A stretch of 64,000 nucleotides of DNA. Origin: Staphylococcus phage pSco-10. The notes beneath the pieces were generated by a model. That model had not been told where the DNA came from and searched no databases. It worked only from the letters and a program-made list of their open reading frames with translations. The stretch lies in the sequence record KX011028.1. One strand, 5' to 3'. The translations under genes and the position numbers were made by a program. Each line of letters starts with the position of its first letter. Position 1 is the stretch's first letter. Below are positions 20,901-31,277 of this stretch, one piece after another.

Positions 20901-21403
20901 TGGATGTATAAATCTCCGTCCATGAAAGTATAAATAGTTGCTGTAGTAGGGTCATTAACAGTTAATGACATCTTTTCTTCTAATCTATCTGCACCTTTAG
21001 AGAAGTAACTTGGTACTCCACTAGTCTGATCTAATAGACTAGCATCTTCATCAGGTGTTATGATGCGTTCTGTTAACTTGATACCTATAGTTTCTTTACC
21101 TACTCCAGTTAGTTTAACTGAGTCATTGCTATCATAATATCTTATTTTACCATTGATATATACATAACCAGGATTGATTGTCAATACATTATCTTCAGAT
21201 AATGTGAATCCAAGTCCTGATTGTTTATCTCCGTCTTTAAAAATAGCGTCTCCTAGATTTTTTAAATAATATTGGTCTATAGACTGCATTTCATTTAATT
21301 CTGCCTGTTGTAGAGGTCTATCAGGATTAAATAATACTTTTGTTCTATCTTTAGACGGGTCAAATCTATCTAAATAAGGTGAACCTTTAAAATTAATTGC
21401 CAT
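17942..21403 (-). CDS. adsorption-associated large tail/baseplate protein
   Basis: 1153 aa. Size and position match the Kayvirus adsorption-associated tail protein. Confidence 0.65.
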   Translation of the reverse strand: MAINFKGSPYLDRFDPSKDRTKVLFNPDRPLQQAELNEMQSIDQYYLKNLGDAIFKDGDKQSGLGFTLSEDNVLTINPGYVYINGKIRYYDSNDSVKLTGVGKETIGIKLTERIITPDEDASLLDQTSGVPSYFSKGADRLEEKMSLTVNDPTTATIYTFMDGDLYIQSTNAEMDKINKVLAERTYDESGSYKVSGFELFSEGNAEDDDHVSVVVDAGKAYVKGFKVDKPVSTRISVPKSYDLGTAENESTVFNKSSNSISLANSPVNEIKRVTGQVLIEKERVTRGAEGDGQDFLSNNTAFEIVKVWTETSPGVTTKEYKQGEDFRLTDGQTIDWSPQGQEPSGGTSYYVSYKYNKRMEVGKDYEVTTQGEGLSKKWYINFTPSNGAKPIDQTVVLVDYTYYLARKDSVFINKYGDIAILPGEPNIMRLVTPPLNTDPENLQLGTVTVLPDSDEAVCISFAITRLSMEDLQKVKTRVDNLEYNQAVNALDDGAMEGQNPLTLRSVFSEGFISLDKSDITHPDFGVVFSFEDAEATLAYTEAVNQPQIIPGDTTAHIWGRLISAPFTEERTIYQGQASETLNVNPYNIPNKQGVLKLTPSEDNWIDTENVTITEQKTKKVTMKRFWRHNESYYGETEHYLYSNLQLDAGQKWKGETYAYDREHGRTGTLLESGGQRTLEEMIEFIRIRDVSFEVKGLNPNDNNLYLLFDGVRCPITPATGYRKGSEDGTIMTDAKGTAKGKFTIPAGIRCGNREVTLKNANSTSATTYTAQGRKKTVQDIIIRTRVTVNLVDPLAQSFQYDENRTISSLGLYFASKGDKQSNVTIQIRGMGDQGYPNKTIYAETVLNADDIKVSNNASAETRVYFDDPMMAEGGKEYAIVIITENSDYTMWVGTRTKPKIDKPNEVISGNPYIQGVLFSSSNASTWTPHQNSDLKFGIYTSKFNETATIEFEPIKDVSADRIVLMSTYLTPERTGCTWEMKVILDDMASSTTFDQLKWEPIGNYQDLDVLGLARQIKLRATFESNRYISPLMSSNDLTFTTFLTELTGSYIGRAIDMTEAPYNTIRFSYEAFLPRGTKVVPKYSDDDGKTWKTFTKSPTTTRANNEFTRYVIDEKVKSSGTNTKLQVRLDLSTENSFLRPRVRRLMVTTRDEN

Positions 21404-21423
21404 TTAGAATTATCTCCCTTTCT

Positions 21424-21960
<537 letters not shown>

Positions 21961-22018
21961 TCATCTGTTGTTTTCTTTATTAATATAACATGGTATACCC
22001 ACTAAATATTACTTTATA

Positions 22019-22047
22019 AGTATACCATATTATTAACTTTCTGTCAA
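22019..22047 (-). promoter_or_regulatory. sigma-A type promoter inside the baseplate module
   Basis: Minus strand TTGACA (plus 22042-22047), 17-nt spacer, TGgTATACT (plus 22019-22024). Confidence 0.5.
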
Positions 22048-22055
22048 CTTATTTA

Positions 22056-24614
22056 TTAAACTTTTCTTAATTCTACTCTTCTTACCTTAGATGTACCATC
22101 ATCATATGGTCTGATATAAAGTCTAACATCTGTATTTAACCTTGGGTTGCTTTCAGTAGACGCTTTTGCAATAAATTCTTTTTCAACATACCCATTAGAT
22201 ACTTCAGATGAAGAAATAGCTAGTTCACCAAAGTTAGGGTTGGAGTTGTATAAAGATATAAATTCTAAGTTCTCTTTAAAGTCCCCCTCAATAACAAGTT
22301 TATATCTTGTTTTTTCTTGTACAGGTTCGTATAGTTCATAGTCTATATACTGAGAGCGTGTTGCTGTTCTTTCAACAAATCCATTTTTAATAATACTTGT
22401 ATTTGGTAACTGTTCAGATATAGAATCTACTACTTTAATTCTGTTATCTACATTGAGTGACTCTGCGGTTAGTAACTCTTCTTTTAGTTCACTTATTAAT
22501 CTACTAGAACCTAAAGTCAATGGTTCAGTATAGTTAGTTAAAGTATAAGCTAACCTATCTAAATCAGTATAAGCACCTACGTCAAATAAAGTAGCTTTAA
22601 TAACTTCTCCAGTAGCCCCGTCAAATACTCCACCTTCAGTATCTTTAACTATTTTCATAGAACCTAAATCAATATCGGATAATTTATCTATATCTTGCCA
22701 TACAGCATTAAAGTAATCATTAGACATATTAGATAAGGAACCTTCTTGATTATTAAGTTCACCTAATTTAACATTCCAAATAGAACGTAATGATACTTTT
22801 GACATTGGATTTATATTAGAATAATCTACAGTCTGTAATCCATATAAATCTATTAATATATTAGGTACTATAGTTTCACCCTCAGGTATTTCAGTTAATG
22901 CTGTCAGTTCTTCCCAAGCATCACCATAATAAGAATATTCAAATTTAATATTTGGAATTAAAACATCACTATTTAATTCAAAACTGTGTATATTAGTTTT
23001 GACATTACCATATGATAATATCAAACTATTAGAGTTATCTTCTAAAATAGTACTTGGGATATTATTAGTGTTATTATCTACAGTAATAATTTCTATATGA
23101 TTACTTAGGTTATCAATATCTCCTGATACTCTTAGATAACCTATAGGCTGAAAACCTGTTTTACTTATAATATCTCCGTTATTCAGAGAAGTTAGTTTAA
23201 ATGCTTCTACATAAGTCTCTCTAGATATATCTAAATAATTCTCTACTAATGCTTTATAAGGTTTTATTGTATAAATACTTCGTTCATAGTAATAAAACAT
23301 TAAATCTAGGTAATTAACTTTAATATCTACTGAATCTCTTCTACCCGCATTTATCTCTAATCTAGTAAACATATTTAATTCACTGTTTAGATAATCTTTT
23401 ATATATCCTATATTGCTCCCGATATTTTTTTCATAGAAAGATAAGTTATTAATTGATACTGTAAGCCATCTATTAATAGAGAAGTCATAAACTTGTAATT
23501 TAATTTCTATACTTTCATCAGGAGGTAGTACAGCACTAAGATAGTAATCAATACTTAATTCTTTTATATAATCAGATACAATTCTTCTAGACTCATCAGA
23601 TTGTAAATCTACCTGAGGTCTGTACTTGCTCATATAATCTCTAAAGTTAAAGTTATTGTATAAGTAAGACACACCGGAAGTAGTTTGCATATTAAGTTCT
23701 ACTGTATTGTTATTCTTAATACTAGTATACATATAGTAGTCAGTAGGTACTTCTTGTCCTCTACCTTCTGTACTAGCACTTATTTGATTTACAGAAGATG
23801 TCATACTTGGGTTATAAACATATGATGTTACGTATCCATAGTTAACATATTGTCTACCTACACTAGAGGAACCAGTTAAAACATCTAAGCTATTAATCAA
23901 ACTATGATTTGTTTTAAAAATGTCTGATGAACTATTATCGTTATCTTTACTTTGATTCATATTCAAATGACCATAAAATGTATCATCATAACCTATAAAT
24001 CTATCAAACTCTTGATATGTTTCAATTTTAGGTAGTCCATCTAACCACTTAATAATTGCTCCGCCCCTAATAGTAGAAGCCCCATCATAAGTGACATATA
24101 AAGTTACACCTGCAGGTTTGAATTCATTAATTACATCTATAATTTCTACAGGGAAATAATCACCTATAGAGACATTAATAACAGCAAATCTATAATAGTA
24201 TCCCATTAAATGGTCTTCTCCATTTAAATGTGATTTGTTAGTATAGAAAATATTTGTAAAAGGCTCATACACACTTACATCAATATCATCTCTACCTAAA
24301 TAATCTTTTATAGCATCTATTATAGCATTATTAGTTCCTCTTTTCAAGAGTAAGTATCGTATAATTCTTGCTCTATAAGTTGTATCATCTTCATTTGCTC
24401 TTCTATATACACCAAACCAGTCTCCAAATTTATCTAGATATTCACTCGTTGCGGTCTTTAGAGAAGACTGTAACTTACTTTCTATAGCATCCCTTTCTAC
24501 TTGATTCATCTCTTCATTGAGTGCATCTATCAGAGCAAAGTTAGGGTCTTGATTATCTTTTGTATTTCTATTTCTTCTTAACAATGGATGAAGATTTTTT
24601 AAAAAATTAGCCAC
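22056..24614 (-). CDS. baseplate wedge or tail morphogenetic protein
   Basis: 852-aa structural-type protein. Confidence 0.6.
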   Translation of the reverse strand: MANFLKNLHPLLRRNRNTKDNQDPNFALIDALNEEMNQVERDAIESKLQSSLKTATSEYLDKFGDWFGVYRRANEDDTTYRARIIRYLLLKRGTNNAIIDAIKDYLGRDDIDVSVYEPFTNIFYTNKSHLNGEDHLMGYYYRFAVINVSIGDYFPVEIIDVINEFKPAGVTLYVTYDGASTIRGGAIIKWLDGLPKIETYQEFDRFIGYDDTFYGHLNMNQSKDNDNSSSDIFKTNHSLINSLDVLTGSSSVGRQYVNYGYVTSYVYNPSMTSSVNQISASTEGRGQEVPTDYYMYTSIKNNNTVELNMQTTSGVSYLYNNFNFRDYMSKYRPQVDLQSDESRRIVSDYIKELSIDYYLSAVLPPDESIEIKLQVYDFSINRWLTVSINNLSFYEKNIGSNIGYIKDYLNSELNMFTRLEINAGRRDSVDIKVNYLDLMFYYYERSIYTIKPYKALVENYLDISRETYVEAFKLTSLNNGDIISKTGFQPIGYLRVSGDIDNLSNHIEIITVDNNTNNIPSTILEDNSNSLILSYGNVKTNIHSFELNSDVLIPNIKFEYSYYGDAWEELTALTEIPEGETIVPNILIDLYGLQTVDYSNINPMSKVSLRSIWNVKLGELNNQEGSLSNMSNDYFNAVWQDIDKLSDIDLGSMKIVKDTEGGVFDGATGEVIKATLFDVGAYTDLDRLAYTLTNYTEPLTLGSSRLISELKEELLTAESLNVDNRIKVVDSISEQLPNTSIIKNGFVERTATRSQYIDYELYEPVQEKTRYKLVIEGDFKENLEFISLYNSNPNFGELAISSSEVSNGYVEKEFIAKASTESNPRLNTDVRLYIRPYDDGTSKVRRVELRKV

Positions 24615-24634
24615 GGCTTAAGTTTCACCTCTCT

Positions 24635-25681
24635 TTACTTTAGTTCTACTTTTATTTCTCCTGCTCTAATAATTCCTTGTGGTGGTACTATAATATTCTC
24701 ATCTAAGTTATCAAATGACACATCATAGATTAATACATCATCAATATTCATTATAGCTTGAATAAGGTCTGTAATTATTAGGTCATCAGAAGTTTTTAAA
24801 TTATTTAAATAGCTTCTAATAACACCTTCAATATGTTTTTGTAATGTATCACCAATTCTAGATTTATTAGATATAGTTACTGTAGCAGAAACATTAACTT
24901 CTTCTTTTTCTACTCCCGTAACATCTAACATTATACCACTTGGTCTATAGTCTTGTAAAGCACTAATTATATCTTCTTTTAAAGTATTTGATAAATTACC
25001 ATTTTTATCATGAGCAAACACTGTTATATGCCCTGTTTCTTCATAAACATAAACACCCTCTACATCAGGTATTTGTAACGCCCCGTATCTCACTGATTTA
25101 TTAGTTGCTCTTCCTCTAGATTCTACAAAAGAGTGAAACCTACGCTTAAAGTCTTCTTGGCTCTCTTCTTTAGTTCCTGTATTAAAAGAGTATTCATTAT
25201 TAACACTTCTAATCAAACTAGAACCTGATGCTATAGTGTTAATTGTTCCTTCAGGAACATTACCTGCAACTCCTGTTTCTTTACAATAAACTTCAACAAC
25301 AATCTCAGTAGAATCAGGCTCTGCATAATAATCAACTAATGTTTCAAATTGCTGAGGGTATTCTTGTCGTGTTGAAGTAAAAGTTGTTCCTGCAGGTATA
25401 TACATTCTCATATCCAAGGGTTGATAGAATTGAATGGTAACATTACCATAAGCCCTTTTCGATTGTCTCTTTTGGAAATCAAAAGCCTCAATAATACCTT
25501 CTTGTATACCCCAATCAATATTTTCTTTTGTCAAGATATAAAATTGCTCTATCTCTAATGCTACAGCTTCTAATAGTGAACGAGAAGCTGAACCAGGGGT
25601 AAAGTCTGTTATCTTACTTGTACCTGCCATTGTCTTATCCATTAATTTTGATAGTATGTTAGTTAATTTTCTAGTTTTCAT
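24635..25681 (-). CDS. baseplate J-like protein
   Basis: 348 aa, in the gpJ/gp6-like position. Composition matches Baseplate_J family proteins. Confidence 0.55.
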   Translation of the reverse strand: MKTRKLTNILSKLMDKTMAGTSKITDFTPGSASRSLLEAVALEIEQFYILTKENIDWGIQEGIIEAFDFQKRQSKRAYGNVTIQFYQPLDMRMYIPAGTTFTSTRQEYPQQFETLVDYYAEPDSTEIVVEVYCKETGVAGNVPEGTINTIASGSSLIRSVNNEYSFNTGTKEESQEDFKRRFHSFVESRGRATNKSVRYGALQIPDVEGVYVYEETGHITVFAHDKNGNLSNTLKEDIISALQDYRPSGIMLDVTGVEKEEVNVSATVTISNKSRIGDTLQKHIEGVIRSYLNNLKTSDDLIITDLIQAIMNIDDVLIYDVSFDNLDENIIVPPQGIIRAGEIKVELK

Positions 25682-25695
25682 AATTTAATCCTTTC

Positions 25696-26400
25696 CTATT
25701 CAAATAAAGCAAAAATTCCTTCCTCGTCTTGTCCTAAAACAAAATTTATTGATTCTTCAACAGATTTTATCTCTACTGAAAATTGTCCTGAATAAACATT
25801 ACCTTGTATTTTCCAATCAACTAAGTTAGCTGATTTTACTCTATTATCTGCTGTTAATGTTCTCAATACTTCCATTTCAATTAATGTAGCTTGTTCAGGT
25901 ATATTAAGACCAAATAAATTATGCAAATCTGAACCATAGTTAGGGTGAAGCATTAAAGAACCTCTAGGGGTTAATAACCGTGCCTGTAATTGTTGCTTCA
26001 TGTTGTCTATACCTTTTACAGTATCTAAATCCCCATTACCATTTGTACTAAATGCTAGTATATTATCACTAGTACCATGCTCATTAAAATATTTTTCATC
26101 TGCAGTAATATTTAAATCTCTTCCTAAAGCTAATTCAACTAATACATCTTTATCTCTAGAATTAATCTCTTTTGCAGATACATCCGTTAAATCAGATTCT
26201 ATCGGTATAATAATTGTATCCCCTGTAGAAGCTAGCCTTTCAGGGTCTTGCATTTTCTCTTCATCAGTTTCTACTATATAAGGATACTTTAAGTTATTAT
26301 GTTCTACTAAGTCTATCCAGTAACTAACATCCCCATAATATCTTTGTGCTATGGCTTGCATCGTTTCTTCATGTTGAACTATATGCTTCTTAAATCTCAT
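25696..26400 (-). CDS. baseplate protein with an N-terminal LysM-like segment
   Basis: HIVQHEETMQAIAQRYYGDVSYWIDLVEHNNL resembles LysM. Confidence 0.5.
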   Translation of the reverse strand: MRFKKHIVQHEETMQAIAQRYYGDVSYWIDLVEHNNLKYPYIVETDEEKMQDPERLASTGDTIIIPIESDLTDVSAKEINSRDKDVLVELALGRDLNITADEKYFNEHGTSDNILAFSTNGNGDLDTVKGIDNMKQQLQARLLTPRGSLMLHPNYGSDLHNLFGLNIPEQATLIEMEVLRTLTADNRVKSANLVDWKIQGNVYSGQFSVEIKSVEESINFVLGQDEEGIFALFE

Positions 26401-26924
26401 TATACGTTAGCCTCCTTTTTAATTAGAGGTAATTGTAATTCTATAGCACTAAAACATAAATCTAAGTCTCTTAAGTCTAGGACAACACTATTGTAATCAT
26501 CATAGTTTCCTAGGTAATCTGCTACATAATTTAAATTTTCTCTTGTTATTCTAACATCTTCTTCAGTTAAATATTTTAGAGAACTTGGGTTTTCTACAAA
26601 ACAATTAACGATAGCATATGCTTCAAGTACAATAGATTGAAGAATCATATACATTCTTGGGGCTTGTACTTTTAGTAACGTATTATTAGCTTTATGAATA
26701 ATTGTATTATCATTAAATTCTCTTTCTAATACAGGTATATCATCTGTCTTTATATTTGTCAATACTTTTTTTGCTAATTCACTTAATTGTAGTTGTGGTG
26801 TATAAAATTTAGATACAAATGACACCTCTTCATCAAGTAAGTTCATATTAGATGCTGTTAAATCTGTGTCTAAGGCATTTAGAAACCTAAGTAATCCTTG
26901 GGGTTGTGGTATAAAATTATTCAT
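26400..26924 (-). CDS. hypothetical baseplate-module protein
   Basis: 174-aa ORF with ATGA-type overlaps on both sides. Confidence 0.6.
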   Translation of the reverse strand: MNNFIPQPQGLLRFLNALDTDLTASNMNLLDEEVSFVSKFYTPQLQLSELAKKVLTNIKTDDIPVLEREFNDNTIIHKANNTLLKVQAPRMYMILQSIVLEAYAIVNCFVENPSSLKYLTEEDVRITRENLNYVADYLGNYDDYNSVVLDLRDLDLCFSAIELQLPLIKKEANV

Positions 26925-27715
26925 TAGCTAGATACACCTCCATCACCATAACCTATTATTAAAGCCATATTATCAATATTACCTTTTAATCCATTAGTAG
27001 ATTGTCTAGGATTATATACAGAGCTACTAGGGAAACTTTGCTTTAACCTATTACCCTCGTTTGTATTATCTCCTGTAGAGTTTGGTATTGTATTTTCCCT
27101 TCTAGATATTTCTTGATTATTTCTATCTCTCGTTTTACGAGCATTTTTATCTAACTCTTTTACACCTTCATCTACTCTTTGAGAAGCGTTAGGATTAACA
27201 TTACCAAACTCTTCTGTTGTTACAGCACTTCTATCTGCTTCTGTTAATGAGCCAATAACTACTAATGTTATTTCATATCTAAAAAGTAACGGTTCATCTT
27301 TAGACCTAGATACTTTTAATCCTTGGGGTGCTAAGTGCACTTTATAGTAACTATCATCTGTAAAATTAAAGAATTGTAAGTAAGAACCGCTTACATTACC
27401 GCTACCACCTTGCATAGCGTATTCATTAACTCTACTCTGTAACTCTTCCATTTTCTGCTTACCTGTTTTTAATCCATTTACTTCTCTAACTGGTCTAAAT
27501 CCAGTAGTACCTGAGAAGTTAATAACTTCTATGTCTTTACCGTAATCTTCTATTACAATATCTGATTTTGTTTTAATTGCTGTTGTACGTTGTGGTGAAT
27601 CTATTGTGTAATTCTCAGGGTTAACTTTAAATCTATACATATCATAACCACCGCCCTCTTTAGGGAAACGTAAAGCTATTCTATGAAGGTTACTTGTTCC
27701 ATCTGATTGTGGCAT
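26924..27715 (-). CDS. hypothetical tail protein
   Basis: 263-aa ORF. Confidence 0.6.
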   Translation of the reverse strand: MPQSDGTSNLHRIALRFPKEGGGYDMYRFKVNPENYTIDSPQRTTAIKTKSDIVIEDYGKDIEVINFSGTTGFRPVREVNGLKTGKQKMEELQSRVNEYAMQGGSGNVSGSYLQFFNFTDDSYYKVHLAPQGLKVSRSKDEPLLFRYEITLVVIGSLTEADRSAVTTEEFGNVNPNASQRVDEGVKELDKNARKTRDRNNQEISRRENTIPNSTGDNTNEGNRLKQSFPSSSVYNPRQSTNGLKGNIDNMALIIGYGDGGVSS

Positions 27716-27788
27716 TTTATCCTCTCCTTTTTAGTATGTATATAAATCTCATACTACTAATATATCACGAACTAGTTTAAATTACAAC

Positions 27789-27814
27789 TAAAAAAAGACC
27801 TAAATTAATAGGTC
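27789..27814 (-). terminator. rho-independent terminator
   Basis: Hairpin agaccu/aggucu with an 8-nt loop, followed by a 7-nt U run on the minus strand. Confidence 0.55.
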
Positions 27815-27821
27815 TTTAATA

Positions 27822-30377
27822 TTAAATCTTTTTATATTCATCTAGGTAGTTTGTAAAGAATCCATCTACACCCATTTGTATTAAACTTTGCATTTCATCT
27901 GTTGTGTTTACAGTCCATGCATGTACTTTAAGTCCTTTACTATGTGCTAAGTCTACTAACTCTTTAGTTATAGTTGTATACTTAGGAGCAATAGCATAAG
28001 AACCATAACTTAAGCAATCGTCCATTTCTGCTTCTGAGAAGGTACTTGTTAAGTAAGCTAGAGGTATATTAGAGAATTGATTATGAATATTAATTAATGA
28101 TTCTCTAGCAAATGATTGTATAATTACTTGGAATCTCTCTGAACCTATTCCTATTAGTCCTTTTGCTTTTAATTGAGTTAATAACTCTTTATCCATATTA
28201 ACATCAAATGGACGTTTAGTTTCTATATAGTATTTAACTTCTGTTCCAAAATGATTTAATACATCATCAAGAGATGGTATTGGTTCTCCATTAAGGGATG
28301 TGAAGTTAGTTTGGATATAAGATAAAGTCATGTCTGCTACTTTACCTGTTCCTGTTGTTGTTCTGTCAATAGTAGAATCATGCATACACAATAACTTGTT
28401 ATCTTTTGTCAATTGTAAATCTAACTCTATATAATCTGCACCTTTATCTAAAGCCATTTGATATCCTTTTATTGTATGCTCATCTGTATATCCAGTTGCC
28501 CCTCTATGACCAATAAGCATAAAGTCTTTTTCCATAGTTTCAGTTTCTAATTCTATAGCTTCAATACTAAACCATGTATAAGGGTCTGCCCTAAATTGTC
28601 TGTCACCTTCTGAATCTTGGTAAACTTCAAACTCAAAGTAATCCCCTTCTTTGACAGGGATAACTCCACTAGTACCGTTCTGAGGAGCTGTAGAGATAGC
28701 TACATCCCTTGTATAAGGTAATCCTAGACTATAAGTACCATTCTTTAATATCCTAAGCATACGTTGTCCTGTAGCGTTAGAATCCCATAGTACATTACCT
28801 GCAACTCTTACTTTTGTTATTCCTTTAGGGATAACCAATCTAGTAGGGTTATTAGAATCCCAAAACTCTGCGTTATTATAAGTAACTTTACTCCAAGGTA
28901 TTGGCATATATGTTTTCGGAGGTACAGTAACATTTTCCTCTAACTGTATCATAGCACCTATATGCTCTCCTCTATCTGAAATTATTTTATCTGCACTGTT
29001 ATTATTGTTATTATTGTTCTCTAATGCTGTTAACCTAGTTTTGATATTTGGTATTTCAGTTTTCTCTAGGTTATTAACTGTAGTTTTTAAATTATTAACA
29101 TCTGTTTTCATACCAGGGAAATTCTGATTTACTTCATTAATAACAGTAGAAGCATCTTCATAAAAATCTTTAAAAGTCTCATCTCTAAATTTTTGGAATT
29201 GAGTTATAATACCCTCAGTTCTACCACTAACCTCTGATATCTGAGTTGTAAGTCTATTAACATCTGAAGTTGCTTTTTTAGATGCCTCTATAGACTCTTT
29301 TGTAGATTCTATTAATTCTTCTAAATTATCCTTACCTACACCCTCAAGAAGATAGTTTATATCATCTAGTTCTTTTTTTATTTCATTTAAATTATTCATA
29401 GCCTCTGCTATACTCTCATCTAAGTTTTCTAGCATAGGCTTATCATCTATATAAATTCCTTCATCTGTAAATTCAAATTTATGCTTATCATTTTTAATAT
29501 AAAATTTATTATCTTCACTAATACCATACTCAATCCAAACTTGAGCTTCATCTAACATTAGGTCATCATCTTGTTTAATAACCCTATAAGAACCATCACT
29601 TGACATTTCTTGTGTAGTTCTCTTCTGTGTTTCTGTATTTAAAACTGAAGCTCTGATATCTCCTCTTTCAGATATAAATAGAGTAGTTATGTGATTATCC
29701 GGCGTACCATCATCATAAAAAACTCCTTGATGCTTGAATAACATGTTAGGAGCCTTTTGTATTCTAGGCTCAATTAGTGTCTTATTACCGTAATAAGAAG
29801 TAAATAAATCTTGATACTCTGTTCCAGTATAGAAATCTGTTGCTTGAGGTTTCTCTTCTTCTCCGGATGTCATAGAAAAGAATGACTTACCATTAAAAGT
29901 TTTAATACTTGTTCCTTCACCATCATCATACTTATAATTTAAAGATGGAAGTATCTCATATAGTGCACTACTATATTTATAAACACTATCCGTATCAAAT
30001 TTACCTCCGTCTAGAGGGTTAGTATTAATCATTTTATTTTGTTCATTATCACCATACACACTTAGAATAATAGGACTGTTTATATCATCATTTAGAAACC
30101 CTATTAATACTACGGAGCCCTCAGTAATAAGTGGTTTTGTACCAAATACACTTCCTTCAGGTGTTCTACCTATGAAAGATTTAGGATAAGGTACAGCTAG
30201 ACTACCATCATCACCTATACGGCTTCCTAAAGTCAAGTTATTAACCTTAACTTCTACTGATTGGTATTTATAGTTAATTTTACTAACTGTAGCTAAAACT
30301 AACCCTTTTACATTTAAATCATCTGAATCTACTCTTTTTAAACTTCTTCCCATGGAAGATTGGAATCTTACTACCAT
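27822..30377 (-). CDS. tail protein with C-terminal glycerophosphodiester phosphodiesterase (GDPD) domain
   Basis: LIGHRGATGYTDEHTIKGY...YIELDLQLTKDNKLLCMHD is the GDPD catalytic signature. Confidence 0.8.
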   Translation of the reverse strand: MVVRFQSSMGRSLKRVDSDDLNVKGLVLATVSKINYKYQSVEVKVNNLTLGSRIGDDGSLAVPYPKSFIGRTPEGSVFGTKPLITEGSVVLIGFLNDDINSPIILSVYGDNEQNKMINTNPLDGGKFDTDSVYKYSSALYEILPSLNYKYDDGEGTSIKTFNGKSFFSMTSGEEEKPQATDFYTGTEYQDLFTSYYGNKTLIEPRIQKAPNMLFKHQGVFYDDGTPDNHITTLFISERGDIRASVLNTETQKRTTQEMSSDGSYRVIKQDDDLMLDEAQVWIEYGISEDNKFYIKNDKHKFEFTDEGIYIDDKPMLENLDESIAEAMNNLNEIKKELDDINYLLEGVGKDNLEELIESTKESIEASKKATSDVNRLTTQISEVSGRTEGIITQFQKFRDETFKDFYEDASTVINEVNQNFPGMKTDVNNLKTTVNNLEKTEIPNIKTRLTALENNNNNNNSADKIISDRGEHIGAMIQLEENVTVPPKTYMPIPWSKVTYNNAEFWDSNNPTRLVIPKGITKVRVAGNVLWDSNATGQRMLRILKNGTYSLGLPYTRDVAISTAPQNGTSGVIPVKEGDYFEFEVYQDSEGDRQFRADPYTWFSIEAIELETETMEKDFMLIGHRGATGYTDEHTIKGYQMALDKGADYIELDLQLTKDNKLLCMHDSTIDRTTTGTGKVADMTLSYIQTNFTSLNGEPIPSLDDVLNHFGTEVKYYIETKRPFDVNMDKELLTQLKAKGLIGIGSERFQVIIQSFARESLINIHNQFSNIPLAYLTSTFSEAEMDDCLSYGSYAIAPKYTTITKELVDLAHSKGLKVHAWTVNTTDEMQSLIQMGVDGFFTNYLDEYKKI

Positions 30378-31264
30378 TAAATATACACCTCTTCATCAAA
30401 TCTCATAACTCTTCCGTTAAATTCATTCCAATAATCATCAAGCTTGTATTTACCTATAGGTGTTTCATCTTTAGGGAATTTACCTATCATAGATATAAAC
30501 TCCCCATCACCTACATAAATACCTATATTAGTATCACTTCTACCAAAGAATAATATATCTCCAACTATAAATTTACTAACATCTACTTTATACTTATGTC
30601 CTTTACCAAAGACAGTAAAAAATCTACCTTCCGTAAAGAAATAGTTAATATTCATAGGGTAAGCTAATTCCTCGTCTTCACTTAAATAAAGCCAATATAA
30701 TAAATTATAAGTATCTATATAAACATCTTTATCTGTTGCAAAAGGATTCTCTTTAGGAGCACCCTTGAACATATACTTTATATTTGATAGGGATTTAAGA
30801 TTATCATTTAAGTCTAATGCTAGTATCGTACTTAATGGTACATCCTCATTAAATATATATTCTTCTTCCATATATTCCCCATACAACACATCTTGTATCT
30901 CATCAAAGTAATCTATTAATAACTCTTGATTTCTTTCTATTAAATGAACTGTTAAAGTGGATAAAGAATCTGTAGGTATAGACCTGTTATCCGTTAAATA
31001 ACTTACTTTCCTAAAACTTAATTCTGCTTCTATATCATATCCATTATTAGAAAATGATTCATATTGTACATGTTGAGGGCTAAGGCTCTGTATTACACCA
31101 ACATAAGGTCGTATATACACAACCTTCTCATACATATCTTCTGTAGTTATTTTTTTAATTTCTTCGTCTTTTTCTTTAACTCTTTCCATAGTTAATACAT
31201 CAAAATTAAATACATTATCTATAAACTTATCAATAACATCTTTAGCTTCTTTATCTGTTGCCAT
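30377..31264 (-). CDS. tail-associated protein with a NlpC/P60-like C-terminal domain that lacks any cysteine
   Basis: GDILFFGRSDTNIGIYVGDGEFISM matches the NlpC/P60 His region. The 295-aa protein contains no Cys. Confidence 0.6.
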   Translation of the reverse strand: MATDKEAKDVIDKFIDNVFNFDVLTMERVKEKDEEIKKITTEDMYEKVVYIRPYVGVIQSLSPQHVQYESFSNNGYDIEAELSFRKVSYLTDNRSIPTDSLSTLTVHLIERNQELLIDYFDEIQDVLYGEYMEEEYIFNEDVPLSTILALDLNDNLKSLSNIKYMFKGAPKENPFATDKDVYIDTYNLLYWLYLSEDEELAYPMNINYFFTEGRFFTVFGKGHKYKVDVSKFIVGDILFFGRSDTNIGIYVGDGEFISMIGKFPKDETPIGKYKLDDYWNEFNGRVMRFDEEVYI

Positions 31265-31277
31265 AAACTATCCTCCT

